From Terriglobia bacterium (lineage in GTDB: Bacteria; Acidobacteriota; Terriglobia; Bryobacterales; Bryobacteraceae): a stretch of DNA of 64,000 nt. This document shows positions 8,722 through 16,824 of this stretch, in pieces. Position numbers and translations under genes: made by a program. The stretch is taken from contig JANXYJ010000176.1 of the NCBI GenBank assembly GCA_025350105.1, positions 6,183 through 70,182 of the forward strand, given 5' to 3'. The notes below the pieces were generated by a model. That model searched no databases, had not been told where the DNA came from, and saw only the letters and a list, made by a program, of their open reading frames with translations. The stretch's first letter is position 1; the number at the start of each line of letters is the position of its first letter.

Positions 8722-9881
8722 GTGATCAGACTCCCTTGGGGTTTCGCTATGCGGCGGTGTATGCGGGCATTCGCAAAGTAAAGAAGGATGACGTAGCGTT
8801 GATTGTTTCCGACGTGCCGGCGAACATGGCGGCGGTATTCACAAAGAATTTGGTGGTGGCCGCGCCGGTGACGTTGGCACGAAAGAATCTGGCTGCATCA
8901 CGAGGCCAACTGCAAGCGATTCTGGTCAACGCGGGAAATGCCAATTGCGCTACGCGAACCGGTGACCGAATTGCGATGGAGACAACGCGCGCTGCGGCAA
9001 AAGCGTTGGGAATTAAACCGACGCAGGTACTCCCAGCATCCACAGGCGTGATCGGCGTGGAGATGCCGGGCCAACTGCTTGTCAACGCAATGCCACGCCT
9101 GGTTTCGAGTTTGGACGGTTCTAACTTTGACAAGGCCGCTTCGGCAATCCTGACCACCGATCTGGTTGCCAAAACCGCGCACTTAGAAGTGAAGGGCGCC
9201 CGTCTATCCGGAATGACGAAAGGTTCCGGTATGATTCAGCCGAATATGGCGACAACACTTGGTTTTGTGATGACCGATGCGGTGGTCTCCGCGTCCACGT
9301 TGAAAATAGCGCTAAAGAATGCCATTCAACGTACGTACAACCGGATCTCAGTGGACGGCGATACATCCACCAACGACGTGGTTGCGGTGTTGGCCAACGG
9401 GGCATCGGGAGTGAAGTTGTCCGCGAAGGTTTTTGAGAAGGCGCTGACGGAAGTACTGGAATCATTGGCGCGGCAAATCGTAAAAGATGGTGAAGGCGCC
9501 AAGAAGTTGGTGACCATCGATGTGGAAGGCGCGGCCAGCGAAGCCGCTGCGGCCAGGATTGCAAGGAGTATTGCGAATTCACCGTTAGTGAAAACGGCCA
9601 TCGCGGGGTCCGATCCCAATTGGGGCCGCGTACTGGCGGCAGCTGGATATTCCGGCGTAGCATTTGAACCTAAGAATGCCGATATTGACATGCAAGGCTT
9701 GGCGGTATGCCGAAAAGGATTGGCTACTGATTTTTCCGAAGACGCGTTGAAGAAGAAATTGAATGGCGCGGAAGTGCACATCCGGTTTGTGTTGCGCGGG
9801 AAAGGTCGCGGACGCGCCCGTTTCTGGACCTGCGACCTGACCGAAGATTACATCAAGATCAACGCGAGCTACCGGACATGA
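8718..9881 (+). CDS. argJ: bifunctional glutamate N-acetyltransferase/amino-acid acetyltransferase
   Basis: 387 aa. The autoprocessing-site block TKGSGMIQPNMATTLGFVMTDA is present. There is a 4-nt overlap with fmt. Confidence 0.95.
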   Translation: MSDQTPLGFRYAAVYAGIRKVKKDDVALIVSDVPANMAAVFTKNLVVAAPVTLARKNLAASRGQLQAILVNAGNANCATRTGDRIAMETTRAAAKALGIKPTQVLPASTGVIGVEMPGQLLVNAMPRLVSSLDGSNFDKAASAILTTDLVAKTAHLEVKGARLSGMTKGSGMIQPNMATTLGFVMTDAVVSASTLKIALKNAIQRTYNRISVDGDTSTNDVVAVLANGASGVKLSAKVFEKALTEVLESLARQIVKDGEGAKKLVTIDVEGAASEAAAARIARSIANSPLVKTAIAGSDPNWGRVLAAAGYSGVAFEPKNADIDMQGLAVCRKGLATDFSEDALKKKLNGAEVHIRFVLRGKGRGRARFWTCDLTEDYIKINASYRT

Positions 9882-10294
9882 TCGCGCGGCTCGTTACTCT
9901 CGCCTTACTTGGTTGCCCAGGCTTAATCCCCGCGGCACCGCCGCCGGACGTCTTAGACTTTGTGTCGACACTGGCGGGAGACTTGGCCAACGACGATTTC
10001 GCGTCGTTCATTCGGCATTTTGACGCAACCATGCCGGGCTATGCCGAATTCAAAAGTGACGCGGAGTCGCTGATGGGCACCAAGGACGTGGAGTCTGAGA
10101 TCGAAGTGATTGCCGAAAGCGGCGATCGGCAAAACCATGCGCTGGAGTTAGATTGGGTCTTGATCACCCGCGATAAAAACGCGTTAAACGGCGGGACGGT
10201 TACACGGCGCGTTGCTGTCAAATGCTCACTCAAACGCGATCGCAAAACGTGGAAGGTGGTTGCGTTCGACCCGGTCCGGCTGTTTAAGTTGTAG
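9878..10294 (+). CDS. hypothetical lipoprotein
   Basis: 138 aa. The signal has a lipobox-like LALLGC. ATGA overlap with argJ. I recognise no family. Confidence 0.5.
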   Translation: MIARLVTLALLGCPGLIPAAPPPDVLDFVSTLAGDLANDDFASFIRHFDATMPGYAEFKSDAESLMGTKDVESEIEVIAESGDRQNHALELDWVLITRDKNALNGGTVTRRVAVKCSLKRDRKTWKVVAFDPVRLFKL

Positions 10295-10307
10295 CGTAAT
10301 TCAGCCA

Positions 10308-11642
10308 CTACGCAAGCGGAACTTCGATGGGCATAGCCAACGGTGGCTCCACCAAAAACTCCATTTTGGCCATACGGGCCAGAGCATTTTGCACCGATTG
10401 CTCCGAGGTTGGTTCTACCGTAATCACAAACGGAAGATTGGCGGCATTAGCCTCCGGCAGTTGCAGAACGGCTTCAATCGAGATTTTCTCCGCGGCCAGT
10501 GCCGCTGCCAGCTCCGCGATAATTCCCGGGCGGTCTTTTACGCGGAAGCGCAGATAATACGCCGACTGCTGCAGTGCAATCGAAATTGGCTGATATTCGC
10601 CCAGCCGGGCGTGCGCAAATGGCGAAACGCGCTCCGGACTGCCGGAGCGAATCTCGCGGGCCACGCGCATCAGGTCGCTGACCACCGCGACGCCGGTGGG
10701 ATGGGGACCAGCACCACGGCCATAATAAAAAGTATCTGCTCCATAAAAGCCCTTCACCCAGATGGCGTTATAGGCTCCACGAACATTGGCCAAAATTGCC
10801 GACTGCGGCAACAGCGATGGACGCACCGACAAGATCAAACCCTGCGAAGTCTGGCGAGCCGTACAGATCAAACGGATGGTGTGTTTCAGCATGTGCGCAT
10901 AGCCGAAATCGATGGGATCGATGCGCCGGATGCCTTCCATGTAGATGTCGGATGGGACAATGCGTTCGCCGAACGCAAGGGCGGAAAGAATTGCCAACTT
11001 GGAGCGGGCGTCCATCCCATCGACGTCGGCCGACGGATCTGCTTCGGCATAGCCGGCTGCTTGCGCCTCGCGCAGGACGTCGGCAAAAGCTGCGCCGCGC
11101 TGTTCAATCTCGGTCAGGATGTAATTGCAAGTTCCATTTAAGATGCCGTATAACGCTGTGATGCGGTCTCCGGAAATTCCTTCGCGGAGCACCGCGTGAA
11201 TGGGAATCCCTCCGGCCACGCTGGCTTCCATGGCGAGGTTGATTTGCGACGCGATGGCCTGATCCCACAGTTCGGCGCCCATAAGAGCCATCAACTCTTT
11301 GTTCGCGGTCACAACCGATTTGCCCTTCGCCGCGGCAGCACAAATGATCTCGCGCGCAACGGTGGTTCCGCCTACCAATTCCGCTACAATCTGAATCTCC
11401 GGGTGGTCCACAATCTCGCGCCAGTTGGTGGTGCGCAGCGGCGAGTTCAATCCGGACGGTAGCGTTTTGTCCGCCACGTTGCGGCTGCAAACGGCGGCCA
11501 CACGCAAAGGGAAACCGAGTTTTTGCGAAATCTGATCGGCGTTTTCCGCGAGGATCTGAAGCGCTCCGGAACCAACGTTCCCAAGGCCAATCACACCAAC
11601 ATTTACCGGCTGCATAGTTAGGGGTCTCATACTATTTGACAC
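10308..11642 (-). CDS. hom: homoserine dehydrogenase (with C-terminal ACT domain)
   Basis: 444 aa. Blocks are VGVIGLGNVGSG (NAD site) and NGTCNYIL. The C-terminal ACT-like segment reads YYLRFRVKDRPGIIAE. Confidence 0.95.
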   Translation of the reverse strand: MSNSMRPLTMQPVNVGVIGLGNVGSGALQILAENADQISQKLGFPLRVAAVCSRNVADKTLPSGLNSPLRTTNWREIVDHPEIQIVAELVGGTTVAREIICAAAAKGKSVVTANKELMALMGAELWDQAIASQINLAMEASVAGGIPIHAVLREGISGDRITALYGILNGTCNYILTEIEQRGAAFADVLREAQAAGYAEADPSADVDGMDARSKLAILSALAFGERIVPSDIYMEGIRRIDPIDFGYAHMLKHTIRLICTARQTSQGLILSVRPSLLPQSAILANVRGAYNAIWVKGFYGADTFYYGRGAGPHPTGVAVVSDLMRVAREIRSGSPERVSPFAHARLGEYQPISIALQQSAYYLRFRVKDRPGIIAELAAALAAEKISIEAVLQLPEANAANLPFVITVEPTSEQSVQNALARMAKMEFLVEPPLAMPIEVPLA

Positions 11643-11657
11643 TACTTTTGAAAGCGG

Positions 11658-12269
11658 CTACTTGATCGCCAGTCGAAAATCGATCACCAACACCAGAGCG
11701 TCAGCTTCCGCTTTCGCATCGCGCAAATCGAAACTGCGTAGTTCGCGCATATACGGTGCCTTGGCATCCGCGGGTGCAAGGGGAGATGGGGCAACCGGTT
11801 GTTCCAGTAAACGGCGGGCCTGTTCCTTCACCTCGATTTTGAAATCCTTGGCGAAGCTATTGCTCAGCGCCTGGCGGACTTTGCCAATGTAATAGGAATC
11901 GCGGGAGGTGCTGATCTTCACTTGATCCAGTGCCAGCGCCCCGCCGCGTACCACGGGGGTCGCCGTGACCGTGAAGTCAAAGGAATCACCCAGCCCCATA
12001 CAACGGCCCAGCATGTCGAGCGCGCTACGGCCACTGAAGCGGGCCGTCAGTTTTAGTTTTCCGTCGCTCGCACCCACGTGAGGCGCGGCCAGATAGGCAA
12101 ATGTGCACTTGGTATTCTTGTTGCCTCGAACATACAGGCGGCCATCCTGCGTGAACACCTGTTCCCCCAAAAGGCGTTCAATGGCGGGGTAGCGAAGCTC
12201 CAACTCGGCCGAGACGGCAGACATGGCGAATCCGAGAAACAACAGCGCAAAGTTGGCGGTGTATCGCAT
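11658..12269 (-). CDS. hypothetical secreted protein
   Basis: The ORF extends to 12326. I chose Met at 12269 (MRYTANFALLFLGFAMSAVSA) because it gives a clean signal peptide. It is co-directional with hom, 15 nt upstream of it. Confidence 0.5.
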   Translation of the reverse strand: MRYTANFALLFLGFAMSAVSAELELRYPAIERLLGEQVFTQDGRLYVRGNKNTKCTFAYLAAPHVGASDGKLKLTARFSGRSALDMLGRCMGLGDSFDFTVTATPVVRGGALALDQVKISTSRDSYYIGKVRQALSNSFAKDFKIEVKEQARRLLEQPVAPSPLAPADAKAPYMRELRSFDLRDAKAEADALVLVIDFRLAIK

Positions 12270-12351
12270 GAGCAGTTTGTTTAATTGTAAGTTGGCATCT
12301 GGATCACGCCAGTATGCTACGCTCAAAACGTTTAACCTCTATTAACCCCCT

Positions 12352-12906
12352 ATGGCCGTCACTCGCGAAAAATCTCAGCTCATGAGCGCTTCCGAAATTG
12401 ATCGGACCCTGGTCCGGTTGGCGCATGAAGTTCTTGAACGCACGGAAGACCTGAATCAGCTTGCCTTCATAGGCATCCGTCGGCGCGGCGTCCCCTTGGC
12501 ACAGCGGTTGGCTGAAAAAATTCTTGCGTTGGAGCAACGAACCGTCCCGGTAGGCGTTTTGGACATCAGTCTGTATCGGGACGACTTGTCTACGGTGTCG
12601 CATCAGCCGGTACTGAACTCAACCGATATCCCATTCTCGGTGACCGGCAAGAACATCATCTTGATGGACGACGTGCTGTACACCGGACGCACGATTCGCG
12701 CGGCTCTGGACGCTTTGTTTGATCACGGGAGACCGGCCAAAATTCAATTGCTAGTCCTGATCGATCGGGGCTGGCGGGAATTGCCGATTGAGGCCCGTTA
12801 CGTGGGCCGCATGGTGCAAACTTCGGCCGAGGAAATCATCGAAGTGAAGTTCAAGGAAATTGACGGCCAGGAACGCGTACTGCTGGTGGAAAAGGTTGCG
12901 GACTGA
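12352..12906 (+). CDS. pyrR: bifunctional pyr operon regulator/uracil phosphoribosyltransferase PyrR
   Basis: 184 aa. The PRPP-binding block IILMDDVLYTGRTIRAA is present. It is the first gene of pyrR-pyrB-pyrC. Confidence 0.9.
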   Translation: MAVTREKSQLMSASEIDRTLVRLAHEVLERTEDLNQLAFIGIRRRGVPLAQRLAEKILALEQRTVPVGVLDISLYRDDLSTVSHQPVLNSTDIPFSVTGKNIILMDDVLYTGRTIRAALDALFDHGRPAKIQLLVLIDRGWRELPIEARYVGRMVQTSAEEIIEVKFKEIDGQERVLLVEKVAD

Positions 12907-12914
12907 ATCCTCGC

Positions 12915-13823
12915 ATGACGGGACTTTTGGGAATCGAAAACCTGACACGGGTCGAGATCGAGGCGATTCTGGATCGTGCCCGCGACTTTCAACCACCTGA
13001 GGGTGAAGGATTCCGGCGTCTGGACCTATTAAAGGGACGCACGCTGGTGAATTTGTTTTTTGAGGCGTCCACGCGTACGCGGACCAGCTTCGAACTAGCG
13101 GCGAAACGTCTGGGGGCCGATGCAATTTCCATTGCCGCGCAATCGTCCAGCGTCTCCAAAGGTGAATCGCTGGTTGACACTTTGAACACGCTGGCCGCAA
13201 TGCGCCCGGACGCCATCATCATGCGGCATTCGGCCTCCGGCGCGCCGCATTTTTTGCAACGCCATTTGGCGATACCGATTATCAACGCGGGCGACGGCAC
13301 ACACGAACACCCCACTCAGGCTTTGCTCGATGCACGGACGATTTTGGATCGTGGCGCGAAGCTGGAAGGACTGAAGGTGGTGATCATCGGAGACATCGCA
13401 CACAGCCGGGTGGCCCGGTCAAATATCTATTTGCTGGCAAAATTTGGCGCACAAATTGTTCTCTGCGGGCCTGCGTCGCTTTTGCCCAAGGAACTGCAGG
13501 AACTTGCGCCAGGCATCACGCTGACCACGAACATGACAGAAGCAATTCAGGATGCCGGCGTGATCATGATGTTGCGGGTTCAACTGGAGCGCCAGCATGA
13601 AGCAAATTTCCCCGCCGCCGAATACTTTCAGTTCTACGGATTGCGGCTGGATCATTTGAAGCATGCGCGGCCCGATGTGATCGTGATGCATCCGGGGCCC
13701 ATCAATCGCGGCCGCGAAATCTCCTCCGAAGTGGCGGACTCGCAACGTTCGGCGATTCTCAATCAGGTGGAAAACGGAATCTCAGTCAGAATGGCCGTGC
13801 TCGAAAAGGTGCTAACCCAATAA
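12915..13823 (+). CDS. pyrB: aspartate carbamoyltransferase catalytic subunit
   Basis: 302 aa. STRTR and HPTQAL motifs are present, plus HPGP near the C-terminus. Confidence 0.95.
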   Translation: MTGLLGIENLTRVEIEAILDRARDFQPPEGEGFRRLDLLKGRTLVNLFFEASTRTRTSFELAAKRLGADAISIAAQSSSVSKGESLVDTLNTLAAMRPDAIIMRHSASGAPHFLQRHLAIPIINAGDGTHEHPTQALLDARTILDRGAKLEGLKVVIIGDIAHSRVARSNIYLLAKFGAQIVLCGPASLLPKELQELAPGITLTTNMTEAIQDAGVIMMLRVQLERQHEANFPAAEYFQFYGLRLDHLKHARPDVIVMHPGPINRGREISSEVADSQRSAILNQVENGISVRMAVLEKVLTQ

Positions 13824-15103
13824 TGGCATCGCTATTGATTAAGAACGGACGCGTGATTGATCCGGCGAATGGTTTTGACCAAGTCGCAGATGTGTGGATT
13901 GAGGATGGCGTAATCAAAGGCGTTGGGGTGGGAATCACCAGCGCGGGAACGCAAACCTTTGACGCCACCGGCATGATCGTAGCACCTGGATTTATCGATA
14001 TGCACGTGCACTTGCGCGAACCGGGCTTTGAGCATGCAGAGACCATAGAAAGCGGGGCGCGCGCCGCAGCGGCAGGGGGCTTTACTTCTATTTGCCCCAT
14101 GCCGAACACGGCTCCGGTGAACGACAACGCCACCGTTACCAGCTACATCATCGACAAAGCGCGGCAACATGCAGTGGTGAATGTTTTCCCTATTGGTGCG
14201 ATCACCAAGGGGAGCGCCGGCGAGGAACTGGCGTCGATTGGCTCCATGAAGAACGCGGGTGTGGTAGCCATTTCCGATGACGGCCGCCCGGTGATGAATG
14301 CCCGTGTGATGCGGCGGGCGATGGAATTCGCGCGGAGTTTCAACCTGCCGGTGATCGATCATTGTGAAGACCTGCACCTAAGCGCCGGCGGCGACATGCA
14401 CGAAGGAGCGACCTCCGTTCGGCTTGGCCTGCGCGGAATTCCCGGTTGTTCGGAAGATGTGATGGTAGCTCGCGACATTCTTTTGGCCGAAGTTACCGGC
14501 GCCAGATTCCACGTAGCGCATATTTCGGCACGGCATTCGGTGGAGATGGTGGCATTTGCAAAACGCCGTGGGTTAGCCGTGACCGCGGAAGTGACGCCGC
14601 ATCATCTTACTTTGGCGGATACGGACATTGAACCCTATGACAGCAATTTTAAGATGAAGCCGCCGCTGCGCTCTAGCCTTGACGTCAACAGCGTGGTGGA
14701 AGGCATTGTGAGCGGCGCCATCGATGCGATCGCCACCGATCATGCACCACACGCGGGCTCCGACAAAATGCAGGAGTTCGAAAAATGCCCGTTTGGCATT
14801 CTGGGATTGGAGACGGCATTGGCGATTGCCCTGGAACGCTTGTATCACAACGGCAAAATCGGATTGCGAAAGTTAATCGAGTTGTTTACGGTGAACCCCG
14901 CGCGGATTCTGGGCATTGAGCGAGGAACGCTGCGGCAAGGGGCCGCCGGTGATGTAACGATATTTTCGCTGGAACGTGACTGGGTCTATGACGTGAATAA
15001 ATCATTTTCGAAGAGCCGCAATTCGCCATTTGATTTGACCGCCTACCGCGGAGGACCGGTGGCCACGGTTGTAGCCGGCAAAATCGTCTGGAGTTGCCTA
15101 TGA
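13823..15103 (+). CDS. pyrC: dihydroorotase (multifunctional-complex type)
   Basis: 426 aa. Blocks are GFIDMHVHLREPG and DHAPH. The start overlaps the pyrB stop. Confidence 0.9.
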   Translation: MASLLIKNGRVIDPANGFDQVADVWIEDGVIKGVGVGITSAGTQTFDATGMIVAPGFIDMHVHLREPGFEHAETIESGARAAAAGGFTSICPMPNTAPVNDNATVTSYIIDKARQHAVVNVFPIGAITKGSAGEELASIGSMKNAGVVAISDDGRPVMNARVMRRAMEFARSFNLPVIDHCEDLHLSAGGDMHEGATSVRLGLRGIPGCSEDVMVARDILLAEVTGARFHVAHISARHSVEMVAFAKRRGLAVTAEVTPHHLTLADTDIEPYDSNFKMKPPLRSSLDVNSVVEGIVSGAIDAIATDHAPHAGSDKMQEFEKCPFGILGLETALAIALERLYHNGKIGLRKLIELFTVNPARILGIERGTLRQGAAGDVTIFSLERDWVYDVNKSFSKSRNSPFDLTAYRGGPVATVVAGKIVWSCL

Positions 15104-15807
15104 GTACGTTTGTTCTGGTGCATGGTGCCTGGCACGGAAGTTGGTGTTGGAAACGCGTCCGGCACGCTCTCCAAAAAATGGGTCATGAAGTCTTTACTCC
15201 CACGCTGACGGGTGTAGGCGAGCGGTCTCACTTGCTCAGCCGAGAAGTGAACCTGGAGACGCATATCCACGACGTCCTGAACCTCCTCAAATGGGAAGAC
15301 CTGAATGGGGTGATTCTGTGCGGGCATTCCTATGGCGGGGCGGTGATCAGCGGGGTGGCGGACCGTGTGCCTGAGCGGGTCAGCGCTTTGATTTACCTGG
15401 ATGCCTTTGTTCTGGAAAACGGCCAATCGCTGCATAGTGTTTTGCCTGCGGAGCAACGCGTCATGCAACTGGATGGTGTGGAGAAATTTGGCGACGGTTG
15501 GAAAGTGCCACCGATTCCTGCTGAAGTGTTTCATGTGAATAACGCGGACGCGGCCTGGGTGAACCAGCAGTGCACGATGCAACCGCTGGCTACTTTCCAA
15601 CAACTACTAAGCCTGACGGGAAAAATCGACCAAGTGAAGAACGTTACGTTCATTCAGGCTGCCGGGTTCGGCGGTGGTCCTTTCGCGCCGTTTTATGAAA
15701 AGGCCACGGCTCGCGGATGGAAAACCCATCGCGTCGATTGCGGGCATGACGTCATGTTAGATCTACCCGAAGAGTTGACCGCGTTGCTGCTGGCGGCTGC
15801 CAGATAG
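15094..15807 (+). CDS. alpha/beta hydrolase (esterase, SABP2/methylesterase-like)
   Basis: 237 aa. The N-terminus is FVLVHGAWHGSWCW. The nucleophile elbow is GHSYGG and there is a C-terminal GH. It overlaps the pyrC end by 10 nt. Confidence 0.8.
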   Translation: MPMSTFVLVHGAWHGSWCWKRVRHALQKMGHEVFTPTLTGVGERSHLLSREVNLETHIHDVLNLLKWEDLNGVILCGHSYGGAVISGVADRVPERVSALIYLDAFVLENGQSLHSVLPAEQRVMQLDGVEKFGDGWKVPPIPAEVFHVNNADAAWVNQQCTMQPLATFQQLLSLTGKIDQVKNVTFIQAAGFGGGPFAPFYEKATARGWKTHRVDCGHDVMLDLPEELTALLLAAAR

Positions 15808-15820
15808 CCGTCCCATAAAT

Positions 15821-16090
15821 ATGGGAAACCAGTTGAGGATGAAGACGACATTGGAAATTCCGGATGCGCTATTTCGTAAAGCCAAGGCCAAAGCTGCGGA
15901 ACAAGGCATTCCGCTGCGGGAGTTTGTTACGGTAGCGGTGGAGGCCAAACTGGAGGCCAGTCCGGTGCCCGCGAGTAAACCCTGGATGAAAGGGTTCGGC
16001 AAACGAAAGCATCTTCACGCTGAAACCCTCAAGATCGACCGGATCATTGAAGCGGAGTTCGAACAACTGGAACCGGAAGACTTTCTGTGA
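15821..16090 (+). CDS. vapB: type II antitoxin, VapB-like (RHH-type)
   Basis: 89 aa. The N-terminus MKTTLEIPDALFRKAKAKAAEQGIPLREFV is typical of RHH antitoxins. The stop overlaps the start of the PIN gene (GTGA). The start may instead be at 15839. Confidence 0.65.
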   Translation: MGNQLRMKTTLEIPDALFRKAKAKAAEQGIPLREFVTVAVEAKLEASPVPASKPWMKGFGKRKHLHAETLKIDRIIEAEFEQLEPEDFL

Positions 16091-16464
16091 TTTTGGACAC
16101 CGACGCGCTCTCCGCGTTCGTAGACGGCGCCCCTGCGCTGGCAGCCCTGTGGGCTAATTTCACCGGCGTCTCGATCCCAGTAGTCGTCCTCGGCGAATAT
16201 CGTTATGGGGTTACGCACTCCACGCGCAGGCAACCGTAGGAGGCCTGGCTGAACCGCTACTTGGGTTCGTTCCAGATACTGCCCATTACGCAAGCAACGG
16301 CGCTAGAGTACTCGACAATCCGCTCCGAACTCCGGCAAATTGGGAAGCCCATCCCCGCCAACGATGTATGGATCGCCGCTTTGTGTCGCCAACACAAGTT
16401 ACCGGTTCTCAGTCGGGGTAGTCACTTTGATCGCGTGAAGGAATTGCGCCGCCTTAGCTGGTAG
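16087..16464 (+). pseudogene. vapC: PIN-domain toxin VapC interrupted by an in-frame TAG at 16237-16239
   Basis: A single frame reads VILDTDALSAF...GEYRYGVTHSTRRQP*EAWLNRYL...PANDVWIAALCRQHKLPVLSRGSHFDRV. These are PIN hallmarks (LDTD, E, NDxWIAA). The ORF track sees only the 3' part (16261-16464). Confidence 0.7.
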
Positions 16465-16819
16465 CCGGTACCGCGGCCTTGCATTCAACGCACGGGCAGA
16501 TTCGCCGGAAATGATCGAACGAGTAGATGCCGGTATTGTGGCCGTCAGACCATGAAATTCGAATGGCGTAGGATCCCACGGCTTCAACCTCCAGCATTTT
16601 AAGAGTGGGCTTGTACATGGGAAAGAGTTCTTTGGGCGCCGCGGAATAGTTGGATTTTTCCGGCGGCGTTCCGTGGGCACCGGTGCAACTGGCGCAGGGG
16701 CATTCGTCACGCAAGTAGGCCAGCGGATAGTCGCTATGATGCCCATCTTTCCAATCGATCTTTATACCCTTGGACTTTGAAATGGCTATGTGTTCGGGTT
16801 CGTGTCTAAGCTGAGGCAT
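16454..16819 (-). CDS. DUF971 domain-containing protein
   Basis: 121 aa. ISWSDGHNTGIYSFDHFRRICPCVEC and a second DGHHSDYPLAYLRDECPCASC half are the typical DUF971 pattern. Confidence 0.8.
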   Translation of the reverse strand: MPQLRHEPEHIAISKSKGIKIDWKDGHHSDYPLAYLRDECPCASCTGAHGTPPEKSNYSAAPKELFPMYKPTLKMLEVEAVGSYAIRISWSDGHNTGIYSFDHFRRICPCVECKAAVPATS

Positions 16820-16824
16820 TTTCT

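Noticed and set aside
10212-11141. 309-aa plus-strand ORF
   Set aside because: It is antisense to homoserine dehydrogenase. The same reasoning applies to 35554-36252 (antisense to ppa), 49775-50593 (antisense to dapD) and 52509-53327 (antisense to lysC).
12270-12351. PyrR-binding attenuator upstream of pyrR
   Set aside because: The 82-bp divergent spacer lacks the PyrR binding loop consensus (ARUCCAGAGAGG) and has no terminator/antiterminator pair. Regulation, if any, is not of the Bacillus type.
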